Part shown: positions 24,576-37,121 of the stretch, piece after piece
How positions within the stretch are numbered: position 1 is the first letter of the stretch
Layout: each line of letters starts with the position of its first letter
Assembly (NCBI GenBank): GCA_030390025.1
Contig: CM059432.1
Span: 97,404,001 to 97,468,000 of the forward strand
From: Squalus acanthias
Lineage: Eukaryota
Direction of reading: 5' to 3'
Length of the DNA: 64,000 nucleotides
The notes under the pieces: model-generated
Told to the model about the DNA's origin: nothing
The model's database searches: none
What the model saw: only the letters and a program-made list of their open reading frames with translations
Made by a program: the position numbers and the translations under genes

Positions 24576-26425
24576 TTTCAAATAAAACTGTTGGACTATA
24601 ACCTGGTGTTGTGCGACTTCTCATTTTTGGATACTGGAAAGACATCAGTAGATTCGAAACTAGCAAATACGGTGCCATTATTCAAAAAGGGTGATGGAAC
24701 AGAGTCACAGGCAACTACAGACCTTATTAAATAATGGAAGCAATTATCAAGAGTACATTTGAGGATTATCTGCACCACAGCAACCTAGTAAACTGCAGTC
24801 AACAAAGCTTCAAAGGAGGAACATCCTGCTGGACTAATTTCCCTGATTTCTTTGAGGAAGTGGCAATCCAAGTGGATCATGGTAAACATTACGGCATTGT
24901 GTACTTTAGACTTCCAAAGGCCACCAGCAGCTTCTCCTGGTCACTCATTCTATGTGGGTCACCTAGTGCAAAGCCTTTGGCTCACTCTATATTTCTCCCC
25001 AAATGGATATCTCTGGGCTAATGCTTCTGAAAGAGTGAGTGACATTCTGTGCTCTGAAGTGCTAGCAGGGCTGATTTACTGCTGACTGGTTCTGATTCCT
25101 CTGGCACATCTGAAGTTGGAAAAAAAAGAGAGGTTAGAATGTGCTGCTGAGGAGAACAGTTCACTTGTCACTTTCAATACGAGTAACATGAGGGTTTCAT
25201 GATATAGCTTGTAGACAGATAGTGCAGGATTCCGTAAGCAGGATGCTTACTGCAGCTGGCACTTGCTACCCTACCATCACCACCTCCCTAGGATTTGATG
25301 AGCTTATTCCTCATAGGGAGTGAGAAGGCAGAGACTTGGGGGCCTGTCACCTGTTGCATTTCTCACTCTGGTATTAGAGGTCTTCTCCTTGAAAACCACG
25401 ATATGCAGCAAAACGTAAGGGTCAGCAGGCATCTCATAATGTGTGTGAGAATAGGTGCATGCATCAAGCAATTACATTGAGTGAGGTTTTTAGTAGAGTG
25501 AAGTAAGAGGCTTTCAAGGGCACTGTACTGCCTTCTGGACATTGATGATAAGCATTTCAAGCAGTTTAACGTAGTTTGAGGTAAGGTCATTGTAAGTGGG
25601 AGACTTGTTTAGACTAGTGCATTATTAGAAGGTGTAGCTATCTCCTTTTACCTTGCTCGACCTGGCAAGGTCATTACATTTTGTCTGGTGCAGAGTTGCA
25701 TGGGGCGTTGTTGCTGGCATGGACTATCATGGCCACCTCATTCTATTGCCCCTGAGCAGCTCTTCTTAATACCATGCAGTGCTCTGTGTCAAATAAGGCC
25801 TTCCTCCTTTGCGTTACTTTATCCAGCAGCACATCAACAGCTCCAATTCAAAATCTGGAGCCTTCCTGCAGTTCTCCAAGATATCTTTTGCAAAGAAACC
25901 TTTATGCTTTCCTTCTGAACCATTTTGGTTGATGACTGCACCATTAAACTGTTGCAGGCCTTTAAGTCCTGCAGCAGCACATTAATTCCTATCTCCCCAC
26001 TCAGTCATGGTGCTGATGCCTGAGCTCACTCTGGAAACTATCACTGAGCCAGCTCACATCACATCAAGTGGGTATGAATCATGCACTGCCCTACATCCAT
26101 TCTCAATTCTGTCTGAGTGAAAAATCTGATCTTTAGTGTGTTCATTCCACCTGTCCAAATCTGCACCTTGAGCTATGCCAACCATGGAAAATTGAGTACA
26201 AGCAGCACACTTTTATTTGAGGTTGTCTGAAACGTGCTTTTAACTGCCCACACATTGGAAAATCAAGGCTATTGTTTCCAGCAAATTTGCTGTATTCCAG
26301 TAACAGGTGAACACTCATCATATTTAGGATGGAGTGAGATCACAAGTAACATCAGAAACCAAACTCCAGGTTTATTTAAAGCTCTACTACTCCTGGAGAT
26401 ACATCTTTGTGACATTTAAGTCAAT

Positions 26426-27235
26426 GGGCTGGATTTTTCAAGCCCCAAGGAGGCAAGCATGGAGGCAGAACAGCCGGTAAATTAGGAGAAAGTGGGGGCG
26501 GATGGCAAAGCCGACCCCATCCCGCCTCTGCTCTTTTGCCAGGAGGCGGGAAGATGTGCTGCTTCGGATCCCGTCTCCTGGAGGCGGGAAAGGCATTTAA
26601 TCCTTTTAACTGCCTGTTAACAGGTAGTTAACAGGCAGAAAAAAGGATTAGTGCCATTTTACCTTCACAGGTGAAGGCTTCCCAACCTCGGAGAACCCCG
26701 TCGGGGTGGAGGAGATCTGTGACGGTCGGAGGCAGCTGGAAGTAGAGGTGAGTGATGGGTGCAAGTGTGGAGTGGTAAGTATGTAAGGTGAGTGATAAGT
26801 TTTTAAAAATGTTCACTTACCTTGTTTTCTTCCTACAGCCTTCAGCCGCGCTGGATCGGGAGAGCCAACATCCTCCTTGTCAATTTCACAGACTGGCTGT
26901 TGGAACCTCCGAAACAACAGCCATGTGAAATTTACAAAGTTGAAAGATTTGATGAGTCCTGAACACAAGGACTCATCAAACTGAAGAGAATGTCAGTGTT
27001 TGACAGCTTCACAGAGCTGTCAAACGCTGACATTTATTCTTTCAAGAAGTCTTGACAGATAGCACGTCTGTCAGTGAATTCCTCCCTAATTGGCCTGCTG
27101 AGCCCACAGGGTGGGCTTAACATGGTCAATCAGGGGAAAATCCCTCTGGTTGGTCAGGTGAGGATGGAGGCGGGACATTGACATGACAAGCAGCAGTCCC
27201 GCCTCCAACTCGTCTCCATTCACAAAATCCAGCCC
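26426..27235. mobile_element. Harbinger-type MITE, family 1, reverse orientation to 3290-4146
   Basis: gggctggatttt / aaaatccagccc TIR. AAT TSD. Confidence 0.9.
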
Positions 27236-28152
27236 AATGGGTCCAAAAATCTGCGACCCTTCCAGTGCACTCCCAACATACCTATGAAAAGTTGCAAATT
27301 AGGCCAAGACCCAAATATACCATATCGCAGTCTTCCCTAAGACTTTCCACAGGGTTTTGTGAGGGGCTAGACACGGCCAGCAGTGTAGAAGACGGCATGA
27401 GCAGGGGGTGGGTTGGGGGGTGGGTGGGATGGAGACTCACAGGCTAGAAGTTCCCACCTTTCCAACTTGCCAGAAGAATAGTGGGCTGGTACTCTGAGTG
27501 GAAGCAAGCTTGTTCAAAATGGATTTGGGTCCCACCTTGAGTCCAGCCTTGGGACACAACCAGGACCCCCAAAGATTATTAAGGGGCGCAATGGGGAAAG
27601 CACTGAGATGTTTTCGGTGGAGCAGAACCCCATTGCAGACCTAGCACACTCCACCAGGATTCCTGTCCTCCTGTGATAGGTAGGCACCTGAGATGGACCC
27701 TTTTTAAAGTACACAATTGAGGTGACCTCTCCCTGATCTGCAGAATTTGGCAGGTTCATTGTGAGAGGTCACTGGCAGCCAGCTGCTGGCATTTACACCA
27801 GCATCAAAGGCCTAAGCATCTCAGTCCCATTATGTTGTACTCTCTGAACCACCTGAAGCGTGCCTGCAGTGAATAATTATGTGATTTGTGTGAACCAACT
27901 GTATGATTCCTAAGCCTGCATTTTCTATTCAACTCAAACCTGAGAAAAGGATTAGGTTGAATGTGAATTCTAACACAAGGTATAATGTAACCTGCCCACT
28001 ATTTCACATCATCCAGTGATAATACCACAAAATGTTATTAAAATTCAGTTGGGTGCAGAAAAAAAATTACAATTGATGTAACTATAAGAAGTTTCTTGCT
28101 GCACTCTGTACTGTATACAAACCATTTTAAGTTAAGCGTCTACTAAATTATT

Positions 28153-29277
28153 GGCCTAGAAATTGCAGTCGGAGGTGTACCTCTGGAGTAGGCCTCCGAC
28201 CCGCGAAACAATTCCGAAAGTACCTCCTGACGCCCAGGCTGCGAAGAGTTGCGGTCTCGGGCCTTCAGGCGGACGGCAGTGTAAAGGCCCACAGATCCCA
28301 GGAACGCAGGCAGTTCGGAGGCATCCCTGAGATCACGTGGGACCAGTCCTCCAATGACAAAGGACGATTCCATTGTAAAGTTCCTTCATTGCACCAACCC
28401 CAATAAAAATTACATTTTTTGATAAATAATTCTAAACATCTTAATCCAGGCCAATATTTAAAGTGTATGTGCATAATTTTGGATTTTTAAATATTTTATT
28501 TAAGCCTTATATATACCCTTGTGCTGATGAAAGCAGGCCCTCGCCTGCTTTTAAAGTAGAAACATAGAAAAATAGGAGCAGGTGTAGGCCATTCGGCCCT
28601 TCGCGCCTGCTCCGCCATTCAATATGATCATGGCTGATCCTCTATCTCAATACCATATTCCCGCTCTCTCCCCATACCCCTTGATGCCTTTTGTGTCTAG
28701 AAATCTATCTATCTCCTTCTTAAATATATTCAGTGACTTGGCCTCCACAGCCTTCTGTGGTAGAGAATTCCACAGGTTCACCACCCTCTGAGTGAAGAAA
28801 TTTCTCCTCATCTCAGTCCTAAATGTCCTATCCCGTTTCCTGAGACTGTGACCCCTCGTTCTAGACCCCCCAGCCAGGGGAAACATCCTCCCTGCATCCA
28901 GTCTGTCTAGCCCCTCTCATTCTTCTAAACTCTAGTGAATACCAGCCTAGTCGACCCAATCTCTTCTCATACGACAGTCCTGCCATCCCAGGAATCAGTC
29001 TGGTGAGCCTTCGTTGCACTCCCTCTATGGCAAGTATATCCTTTCTTTACTAGCTATAAGAGTTGCGTGGGCAATTGCTGGGCAGTTGTTGGGAAAATAG
29101 CCCAACTCTGAGCCAGCAAAACTAATTTTCAGGCGGTTCGGATGAATTGTCGAGGCGTACCATGACCGATCGCAAGTTCTGGATTTCGCGGAAATCCGGA
29201 AGTTGCAGGGCCTTTCAAATGGATTACGACGGTGTGCCCTGAGAGTATGCCATCACGGAGACTGCAATTTCAGGGCC
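28153..29277. mobile_element. Harbinger-type MITE, family 2-like, interrupted by a CR1 3' fragment
   Basis: ggcctagaaattgcagtc / gactgcaatttcagggcc ends. Confidence 0.85.
28556..29048 (-). mobile_element. CR1 3' fragment
   Basis: MFPLAGGSRTRGHSL...RRNFFTQRVVNLWNSLP, with a tagaaacatagaaa tail. Confidence 0.92.
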
Positions 29278-30164
29278 AATGTATTTTTAAGATTGCTCAA
29301 TAGAGATTCAGACAGGAGTAGCAAGGAGATAGGTAAGGGTTAAATATGTTGTGAATTTTATATATAATGGAATGTTGTCTTTTAGTTTAAGATTTTGAAA
29401 AATATGTGATTCAATTGCACTGTTCAATAATTTGAAATGTTGCCATCCACCTGGGACTTTTTCATGCAAAATCCCATCTTAGACTAAAGAGCAATGTGAA
29501 TTGATTTAAAATTTATCAGCATTTCTATTTCTTCAACAAGATAAAGAAGACAAAGCATGCACAATTCTATTTTCCTCTTGGGTGAACTACAGACGAAACT
29601 TCGAATTGTGATGTGCTGACTGTCCCTGAATACAGCACGGATTTTCAAAGGAATGTCTGAAGAATTTTCATACAGGAGCAGTCTTCTGATCTGAATCTGG
29701 GTTTTATCTTCAACAATGGTACCACAGTGTGTTTGACTAATTCAATTTGTGATGCTCACATCCTCTGAGAAATGGGACTAGAATTATTTCACATCAAATA
29801 ATACAGCATTATTTTTATGGACTATATTTTCCTCCTGTAGCATAAAAGTGGTGTGCATTAACAGTCATGCAATTTTGGTAAAAAGCATTAACAGTTTATT
29901 CATCTGCCCTTATCACTGCTTTGTAGATTGCTCCTATGCAAATATGGGTTGCGGGAAATTAGCAAAAAATAAAACAGAAAAAGTTTCTTACTTGGTAAGG
30001 TTGTGTTGAAGGGCTGAAGGGCAGTCATGAGAATCTTAGCAGAATTGTATGGAGAGGGCATCGAATTTATGACATTAGTCAAATGAGGGAAGTAAAAGAA
30101 TTTGAGCACCTCACTGCAAAACTGGAAGTGAATAGGATGGAGATTGATTCTGCTCCACAATGTA

Positions 30165-30562
30165 GATGCTCATCAAAATTCCCATCCTTGTTTTCAAATC
30201 CCTCCATGGCCTCGCCCCTCCTATCTCTGTAATCGTCTTCAGCCCCACAAATCCCCCCGAGATATCTGCGCTCCTCTAATTCTGCCCTCATGAGCATCCC
30301 TGATTATAATCGCTCAACCATTGGTGGCCGTGCCATCTGTTGCCTAGGCCCTAAGCTCTGTAATTCCCTGCCTAAACCTGTCGCCTCGCTACCTCTCTTT
30401 CCTCCTTTAAGACACTCCTTAAAACCTACCTCTTTGACCAAGCTTTTGGTCACCTGCCCTAATTTCTCCTTATGTGGCTTGGTGTCAAATTTTTTGTCTT
30501 ATAATACTCCTGTGAAGCACCTTGGGATGCTTTACTACATTAAAGGCGCCATGTTGTTGTTG
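30165..30562 (+). mobile_element. L2 3' fragment
   Basis: Homologous to 82-460, with a TTG tail. Confidence 0.88.
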
Positions 30563-30974
30563 CAGCCATTTCTTGGTAACACTTGGTGCAGCAGGAGCAG
30601 GGGGAGAGGCAGCTCTGGATTGCATGGGCCTCAGTAGACACAGGACTTGCAGATTGGATTACTGCAGTCGATCTTGCTTTTTACTGATAGTGTTCAAAAA
30701 CTACAAATCTGTGTCTCTATTACCAAGTTTCAATCGAAAAAAAAGCTTTATGCAGCAAAACCTTTCTTTCCAAAATGGGAGTCCAAAATAAAACTTTAGC
30801 ACATGTTGATAATGTTAGGATTGAAGTAACTCACCAATTCTTTCAGTTTTGAAGTCTAATGTTCTTCAAATTAAGAGACCTGCATGCACAAGATTATATT
30901 TTAAACAGGGCTATAAAGTGACTGATTTTTGGTAGGATCGAATCTGTATCCCAAGTGAACCACAGATGGAAATT

Positions 30975-32346
30975 TTCAATAGCAAAATACTGCGGATGCT
31001 GGAAAACTGAAATAATAACAGAAAGCGCTGGAAACACTCAGCAGGCCAGGCAACATCCGTGGAGAGAGAAACAGAGTTAACGTTTCAGGTCGAAGACCCT
31101 CGTCAGAACTGAGAAAAAAGCAGGAAATGAAACAGATGAAAAAGCAAGTGGGAGGCTGGGGGAAGGAATAAAAGAACAAAAGGGGAGGTCTGTGAGAAGT
31201 AGAGACTTTAAGAGATGCTCAAGGCGAGATGAGATGGTAATATGACAGGTTAAGAAACAAAAGATGGCTCAGAAGTGTGAAATGCGCTGGCAGAATGAAA
31301 GACAGCTGCCATGTGGGAGAGAGAAAAAAGGGGAAAAGGCACAAACCAAAAGTGTGGATAAAAAAAAAATATATATATATGTGGTAGGGGCCGAGGTTAT
31401 GATCTGAAATTGTTGAACTCGATATTGAGTCCGGAAGGCTGTAAAGTGCTGAATCGGAAGATGAGGTGCTGTTCCTCAAGCTTACGCTGAGCTTCCGTGG
31501 AACAATGCACGAGGCCGAGGATGGTGAAGTCTGAGTGGGCGTGGAGCGGTGAATTAAAGTGACAAGCGACCGGAAGCTCGGGGTCACCCTTACGGACTGA
31601 ACGGTGGTGTTCCGCAAAGCGGTCACCCAATCTGCGTTTGGTCTCCCCAATGTAGAGGAGACCACATCATGAGCAGCGAATACAGTATACTAGATTGCAA
31701 GAAGTACAAGTAAATTGCTGTTTCACCTGGAAGGGGTGTTTGGGGCCCTGGACAGTGGGAAGGGGGGAGGTATAAGGGCAGGTGTTGCATCTCCTGCGCT
31801 TGCACGGGAAGGTGCCGGGCAAGGGGGAAGGGGTGCTGGGGGTGATAGAGGAGTGGACTAGGGTGTCTCGGAGGGAGCAGTCCCTACGGAATGCTGAAAG
31901 GGGAGGTGAGGGGAAGATACGTTTGGTGGTGGGATCACGTTGGAGGTGGTGGAAATGGCGGAGGATGATCCGTTGAATGTGGAGGCTGATGGGGTGAAAG
32001 GTGAGGACAAGGGGAACTCTATCGTGGTTCTGGGAGGGAGGGGCCGGGGTGAGGGCAGAAGTGCGGGAGATAGAACGGACACGGTCGAGGGCCGTGTCAA
32101 CCACGGTAGAGGGGAATCCTCGGTTGAGGAAAAAGGAAGACATGTCGGAAGCACTGGTATGGAAGGTGGCATCGTCGGAGCAGATGCGGCGGAGACGGAG
32201 AAACTGGGAGAAGGGAATAGAGTCCTTACAGGAGGCAGGGTGGGAGGAAGTGTAGTCCAGGTAGCTGTGGGAGTCAGTGGGCTTGTAGTGAATGTTGGTC
32301 AATAACCTATCCCCAGAGATGGAGACGGAGAAGTCGAGGAAGGGAG
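30975..32346 (-). mobile_element. Penelope-like element, 5'-truncated (RT C-terminus plus GIY-YIG, stop at 31667)
   Basis: PFLDFSV..YKPTDSHSYL..CKDSIPFSQFLRLRRICS. Close to the 4348-5094 protein. 3' terminal repeat present. Confidence 0.92.
31075..31110 (-). ncRNA. Minimal type I hammerhead ribozyme in Penelope terminal repeat
   Basis: AGTT-CTGACGA-GGGTC(ttc)GACCT-GAA-ACGT-T-AACT. Predicted cleavage between 31079 and 31078. Confidence 0.85.
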
Positions 32347-33097
32347 TTGGTTTGGAAAATTGGGAGTTTAAAAGAAAAGTGTGTTTATATATTGCTAACA
32401 CGAAATTCATATTTTCTGATATAGGTTTAATCCAATGTTAGCTAATTTTCACCAGTAGAATGAAAGCATAATTTAAAGTAATGTGCTCATTTTGGATGTT
32501 GCAACACCTTATATGATGTTTGCAAATTAGTTCAGCTATATAACAGCGATCTTTTTTACCAAATGTAGAAAAGATTTGTCTAATCACTTTTCACACTTCA
32601 AAGATGCAATATATTTCTTATACTACATTTTTGGAATTTTTTCACACATGTACAAAAGATATGATGCACACAAGAGGAACTTTAACACTTGTAATATATC
32701 AACTAATAATCTATATCCAGCTATAAATAATATACTAAGGGCTAGAAATTCATTATAGCCCAGGAATGGCCGCTATCATTAGAAAAGTTGGAGATTTAAA
32801 GCCAGGCGTTAATGCTTTAGACTGCACACAAAATTCGTGCTTACTGCTCAAAGAAATGATTGGAGCGCTAATTCATGTCTTAAAGCCCAAGCTCATTGGC
32901 GTTACACTCAAAGGGTGGACCAATATCAGGTGCAGTCTAATCACAACTCATGATTGCCACAAGCTTTTTTCAGTTCTTAAAGGGGAACTTCATTGATGCT
33001 GCAGAACCTCATTCTCGGTATTGCTGGCTGTGCAGCTGCCTCAGCAAGCAGCAACAGGTCAAGGAGAAGGAGCCGAAGGACTGAAGCAGCTATACTC

Positions 33098-34990
33098 ATG
33101 GCTGATCCCCACCCCAGGGAGAGATCCTGCAGATTCTGCAATCAAGCATTGAAGACGTTGGTGTTCGCTGTGGAGAGACGGAGGACGGTGCTCTACCGGC
33201 AAGTGGCAGGAGGCTCTCGACGCAACTCTTCCGTTCATGTGGAGGGAGGTAGCGCAGCACGTCTCGGGCAGCATTGTGGTCCCCAGGACCCACACACAGT
33301 GCAGGAAGAAATTTAATGACCTCACTCAGATGGGCAGGGTGAGTGAATGTTTCAACAAATGCTACATACCACCATCTGAACCACAGCCTTCACACACTGC
33401 CCAAAGAACCACACCCCCAGCACTCACCAACCAACAATCTCTAACTAGCAACAATCACACCTGCATCTCATACCTTGCACTGAGAGCTATTCAACTATGG
33501 CAGGCACGTCACCCAAACACATTGCTCCATATTCACTCACACACTTTCCTTTCTTTTGCAGGCCAAGGTAGCTCACAACAGGAGGGAGTAGGAGCGTACA
33601 GGTGGGGGGACAAGCCGACAATCAACCACTGTCTGCGCTGGAAAATCGAGTGCTGCAGATTATTGGGTGCCAGGTGGTGGGCGCCGTGGCCACCGGCAAT
33701 GTTGACCTTCTTGGGGACAACAACGGTATGTTCATTGTTACTCCTTCTCACATCCCACTTCCCCCTCACCCCACAAGAGTTACGCACTTTCAAGCTAATC
33801 ATGCTGTATGCATGCATTTCTCCCTTCCTGCCTCCCTCCCCTCACCTTAACCTGACTCTTGTGCCTTTATGCTTTCAGACAATGAGCAAGCACCTGAGCA
33901 GCCTATCCCTGAGGCCACCGTAGAGAGCGAGGTGGGAGAAGAGGAGGAGGAAGAACGCACCGCGTGTCTCACCCGCAGGCACTAGCTCAGATATTGGCAC
34001 TAAGCGTTCTTTAGAGGCTGGTATAGTAGCAGAATCGGCACAGGTTGAGGCACCAGGGACGAGCGGGCTGCAGCAAGGCCAGGGGGAAAGGGTAGTTCGG
34101 GGGCAAGCTCCCCGGAAAGCGAGTTTGCACGCGAGTTCTGCTGCACAGGACTCAGATGAGGACCTCAATGGGGAGGCGTTTAGAAGAAGGGTGATGGGCA
34201 TGCACATGGAGATAATAGGTGCAATGGCAAGGGTGCCCAAGAGCATGTTGGCAATGATAAGGAGCGTGGAGGAGTCTACCTCCAACATTGCACAAGGCTC
34301 TGCACACACTATGGAACCCATCATTTCCAGTCTGCAAAGGATGGTCGACTCCCAGAGAGACCGTGGCGACCCAGACCTGATGCCGTGTGTGATGGGCGAT
34401 CTGGCAGCTTCCATTGCAGCACAGGCGGAAGTGACGTAACGTCTTAGTGCTGTAATGCAGTCTATGCTTAGTGGCATCTAATCTCAGACTGCTGTCATGC
34501 AGTCTCAGCTTGATGCCATGTAAGCTCTGACTGCTGCCATCGTGGCTGGGTCTACCACCGTCGACCGGGGCTTTCACGGTATCACAGCAGGACAGCGATT
34601 TGTGCTCCAACAGATTGCTAGTGATGCTGAGGTGCTGCCCCGGGGGAGTGGCAGTGGGTCAGTGGAGCAGGAACCTGCTGTCCTCTCTCAGGATGACAGC
34701 ATTCCTGCTCCCACCACTGCCACTCTGCCATTGCCCTTGTCACTGCCTGCCATCCAGCCAGCCCAGACTGCTGCCGCCCATGCTGAGGTGGTGCAGTATA
34801 CAGCCAAGCCTTCCAGGCCCAGAGCTGATCGAGGGCGTCCTGCAAGGCCATCTGAAGTCTCCCGCACGGACACTCAGCAGCCTTCCACCAGCCCTGCTGC
34901 AGCCATTGGGCCAACACTTCATAGGAGCACTAGAGTAGGCAAAGGCACTGTAACGAGAGGCACTAAGGGTTTGCACAAGGGCGAAGAGTT
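33098..34990 (+). pseudogene. Harbinger Myb/SANT-like DNA-binding gene, 3 exons (33098-33338, 33562-33725, 33879-~34990), disrupted
   Basis: WREVAQHVS..RTHTQCRKKFNDL. GT-AG introns at the same positions as in the other copies. Confidence 0.8.
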
Positions 34991-34993
34991 AAT

Positions 34994-35890
34994 GGGGTAA
35001 AAATTCAGTTGGTTGCGCCTCCCGTTAGCGCCTTAAGAGGGCGCTAATGGGGGGCAAAGCCGCTAACGCCCGGGCGCAGCGATGTTTACGCCGCTCGGGA
35101 ACTTAACTAGAGATTGTGCGGCGGCGCTAAAACTTACCGCTGCGACCACCTGCGCGCGCAGATTGTGACGTCATTCCATGGTGCAATGCCCTTGTGGCGC
35201 CCCGGAGCGGAAATTGAGTGGCGCCCCCTGCCTTACCGCCTGGCGCATCCAACGACCAGAAGACTGGAACGCTATCAATCGCTGTGGGGCTGGGGGGGGG
35301 GGGCGCTATTTAAAGGGGGCCTCTTCCTGTCTTTTATTGTTGGTGGCATTTTTGAACTACGCATTCTGAGAGAGAGAGGGAGAGACTTCTGGAGAGATTC
35401 AACGTTGTGTGAAGGAGTTTTGGGTACTGAGCAGCACTTTGCAGGTTCATTTTGATTTGCCATTCCTTGTATCGATTTAGCAGAGACTGTGGGAGCTGCA
35501 CTCTGAGCTCTTTGCCTGGTACTCTCCATTGTTCTTTCCAGCACATTTGATGTGCAAGTCTCTCCAGGCCGAGATTCAAGGCTGCAATGAACAGGATGTG
35601 GATGGAAAGCAAGATTAACCATCCCCTTTAAGAACTGGCCCGTGCCATTGTGTGTGTGTTCCATTGCTGACTGACATTACATGAGCTTCGCCAGCGCTCT
35701 GAGGTACCGCCTCACTCCTTGGCCTTTGCGCCTTAAGACAGGTGTGCAGCGCCTGATTTAGCGCTCCACTCACCTCCCGGGGCGGTAAAAGTGAAGTTTC
35801 CAGTCAGTGCCGATAATTAGCGCCAGGCGCTAATATTTGCGTCCAGACGATATTTGCGCCCCAAATGGGGCGCGACCTAATTTTTACCCC
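34994..35890. mobile_element. Non-autonomous internal-deletion derivative of the Harbinger B/E family
   Basis: ggggtaaaaatt / aatttttacccc TIR with AAT TSD. Left arm matches 62888-63415 and right arm matches 40296-40685. Confidence 0.92.
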
Positions 35891-37121
35891 AATATTTTTG
35901 ACGTAAATATGTGTTCACTGATTTTTGATAAATTTATTAATTCAGTTTGGATTCTTTTGTGGTCTGTCTCATTTTAGCTTTGCCTGCGACAGGGATGGAA
36001 TGATGGGGATGTGGTGAGCAATGGGGATCTGGGGTTTAATTCATTGGAACCGCGGTCTGATGAGGTGGTCACGGATGCCAAATCCCGCCCCCAACCCCCG
36101 CAGCGTGACCACTAGCAGTTATCGGCGGGAGCCTCAACGCTATGTGGATCGTGATGTCAGTGAATGTGCAACGCTCACTGACCACCTGATCTGCGAAATT
36201 GATTATCACCACCTACCTTAATGCCTGGAGGGTCACCCTTCTGGAGGGCCGATTGAGTGGCTGCCTCTTCCCTCACTCTTGTTCCTCCTCCTCCTCGCCC
36301 CCCTCCTCGTCTCCCTTCTTCCTCCTTCTGAGGTGGTCCCACAATCCCTGGTGGCAAGGATTGGGCCCTCATGATGGCCAAGTTGTGGAGCATGCAGCAG
36401 ACCAGGATGAAATGGGACACCCGCTCCGGCAAGTACTGTTTATCTCAAGATTCAAAACAAAATGGTTCCTTGAAACAACTGATGGATCTCAAAGAACTGT
36501 ACCATTATTCTGAATAAAAATCTTGAATTTAAATATTTTAATTTGAGCAGACCATTTTGGTAACACTACTGCAGAGATGCAAATTAGATTCATCTATTGG
36601 GAGAAAAATTCGGTTGGTTTGCGCCTCCCATTAGTACCCTAATAGGGCACTAATGGGGCGCAAAGCAACTAGCGCCTGGGCGTGGCGATGTTTGTGCCGC
36701 TCGCAAAATTGACTAGATTTTGTGGCGGCGCAAAAGTTTACCGCCCCGATCTCCTGCGCCCACAGATCGTGACATCAGTCGAGCGTGCAATGCCCTGGTG
36801 GCGCCCCGGACCGGATATTAAGTGGCACCCCCCCTCCTTTCCACCTGGCGCAAGCAATGACAGGGAGACTGGAACGTTTCCCAGTCGATGAGGGGCTGGG
36901 GGTGGGGGGGGCGGGGGGGCGCTATTTAAAGGCGCCCTCTTCCTGGCTTTTTCTGTGGTAGATATTTTTGCAACACTCATTCTGACAGAGAGAGAGATTC
37001 TGAGAGAGAGATAGAGAGACTTCTGCATAGAGTCAACGCTGTGTGAAGTAGTTTTGGCTACTGAGCATCACTTTGCAGGTACTTTTGGATTTGACCTTCA
37101 TTACTTCGATTGCCAAGAGAC

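Larger units (their letters stand above)
24186..24627. mobile_element. Second Penelope-type family: palindromic insertion with 202-bp arms
   Basis: Arms at 24220-24421 and 24428-24629, 6-nt loop, 2 CpG-type mismatches. TGGATACTGGAAA TSD at 24173-24185 and 24628-24640. Confidence 0.88.
23100..24925 (+). mobile_element. Highly decayed CR1 ORF2 fragment hosting two Penelope palindromes
   Basis: Remnants such as IEPLGASNHSM, ANTVPLFKKG and FPDFFEEV. Confidence 0.65.
32739..36440. mobile_element. Harbinger transposon A (left TIR, Myb/SANT gene on +, nuclease 3' end on -), right-truncated
   Basis: gggctagaaattc end. Convergent genes. CCMLHNLAI plus acidic tail at 36175-36432. Confidence 0.85.

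Noticed and set aside
24940..26200. Possible ancient coding or TE remnant
   Set aside because: No motif I could assign, so left unannotated.
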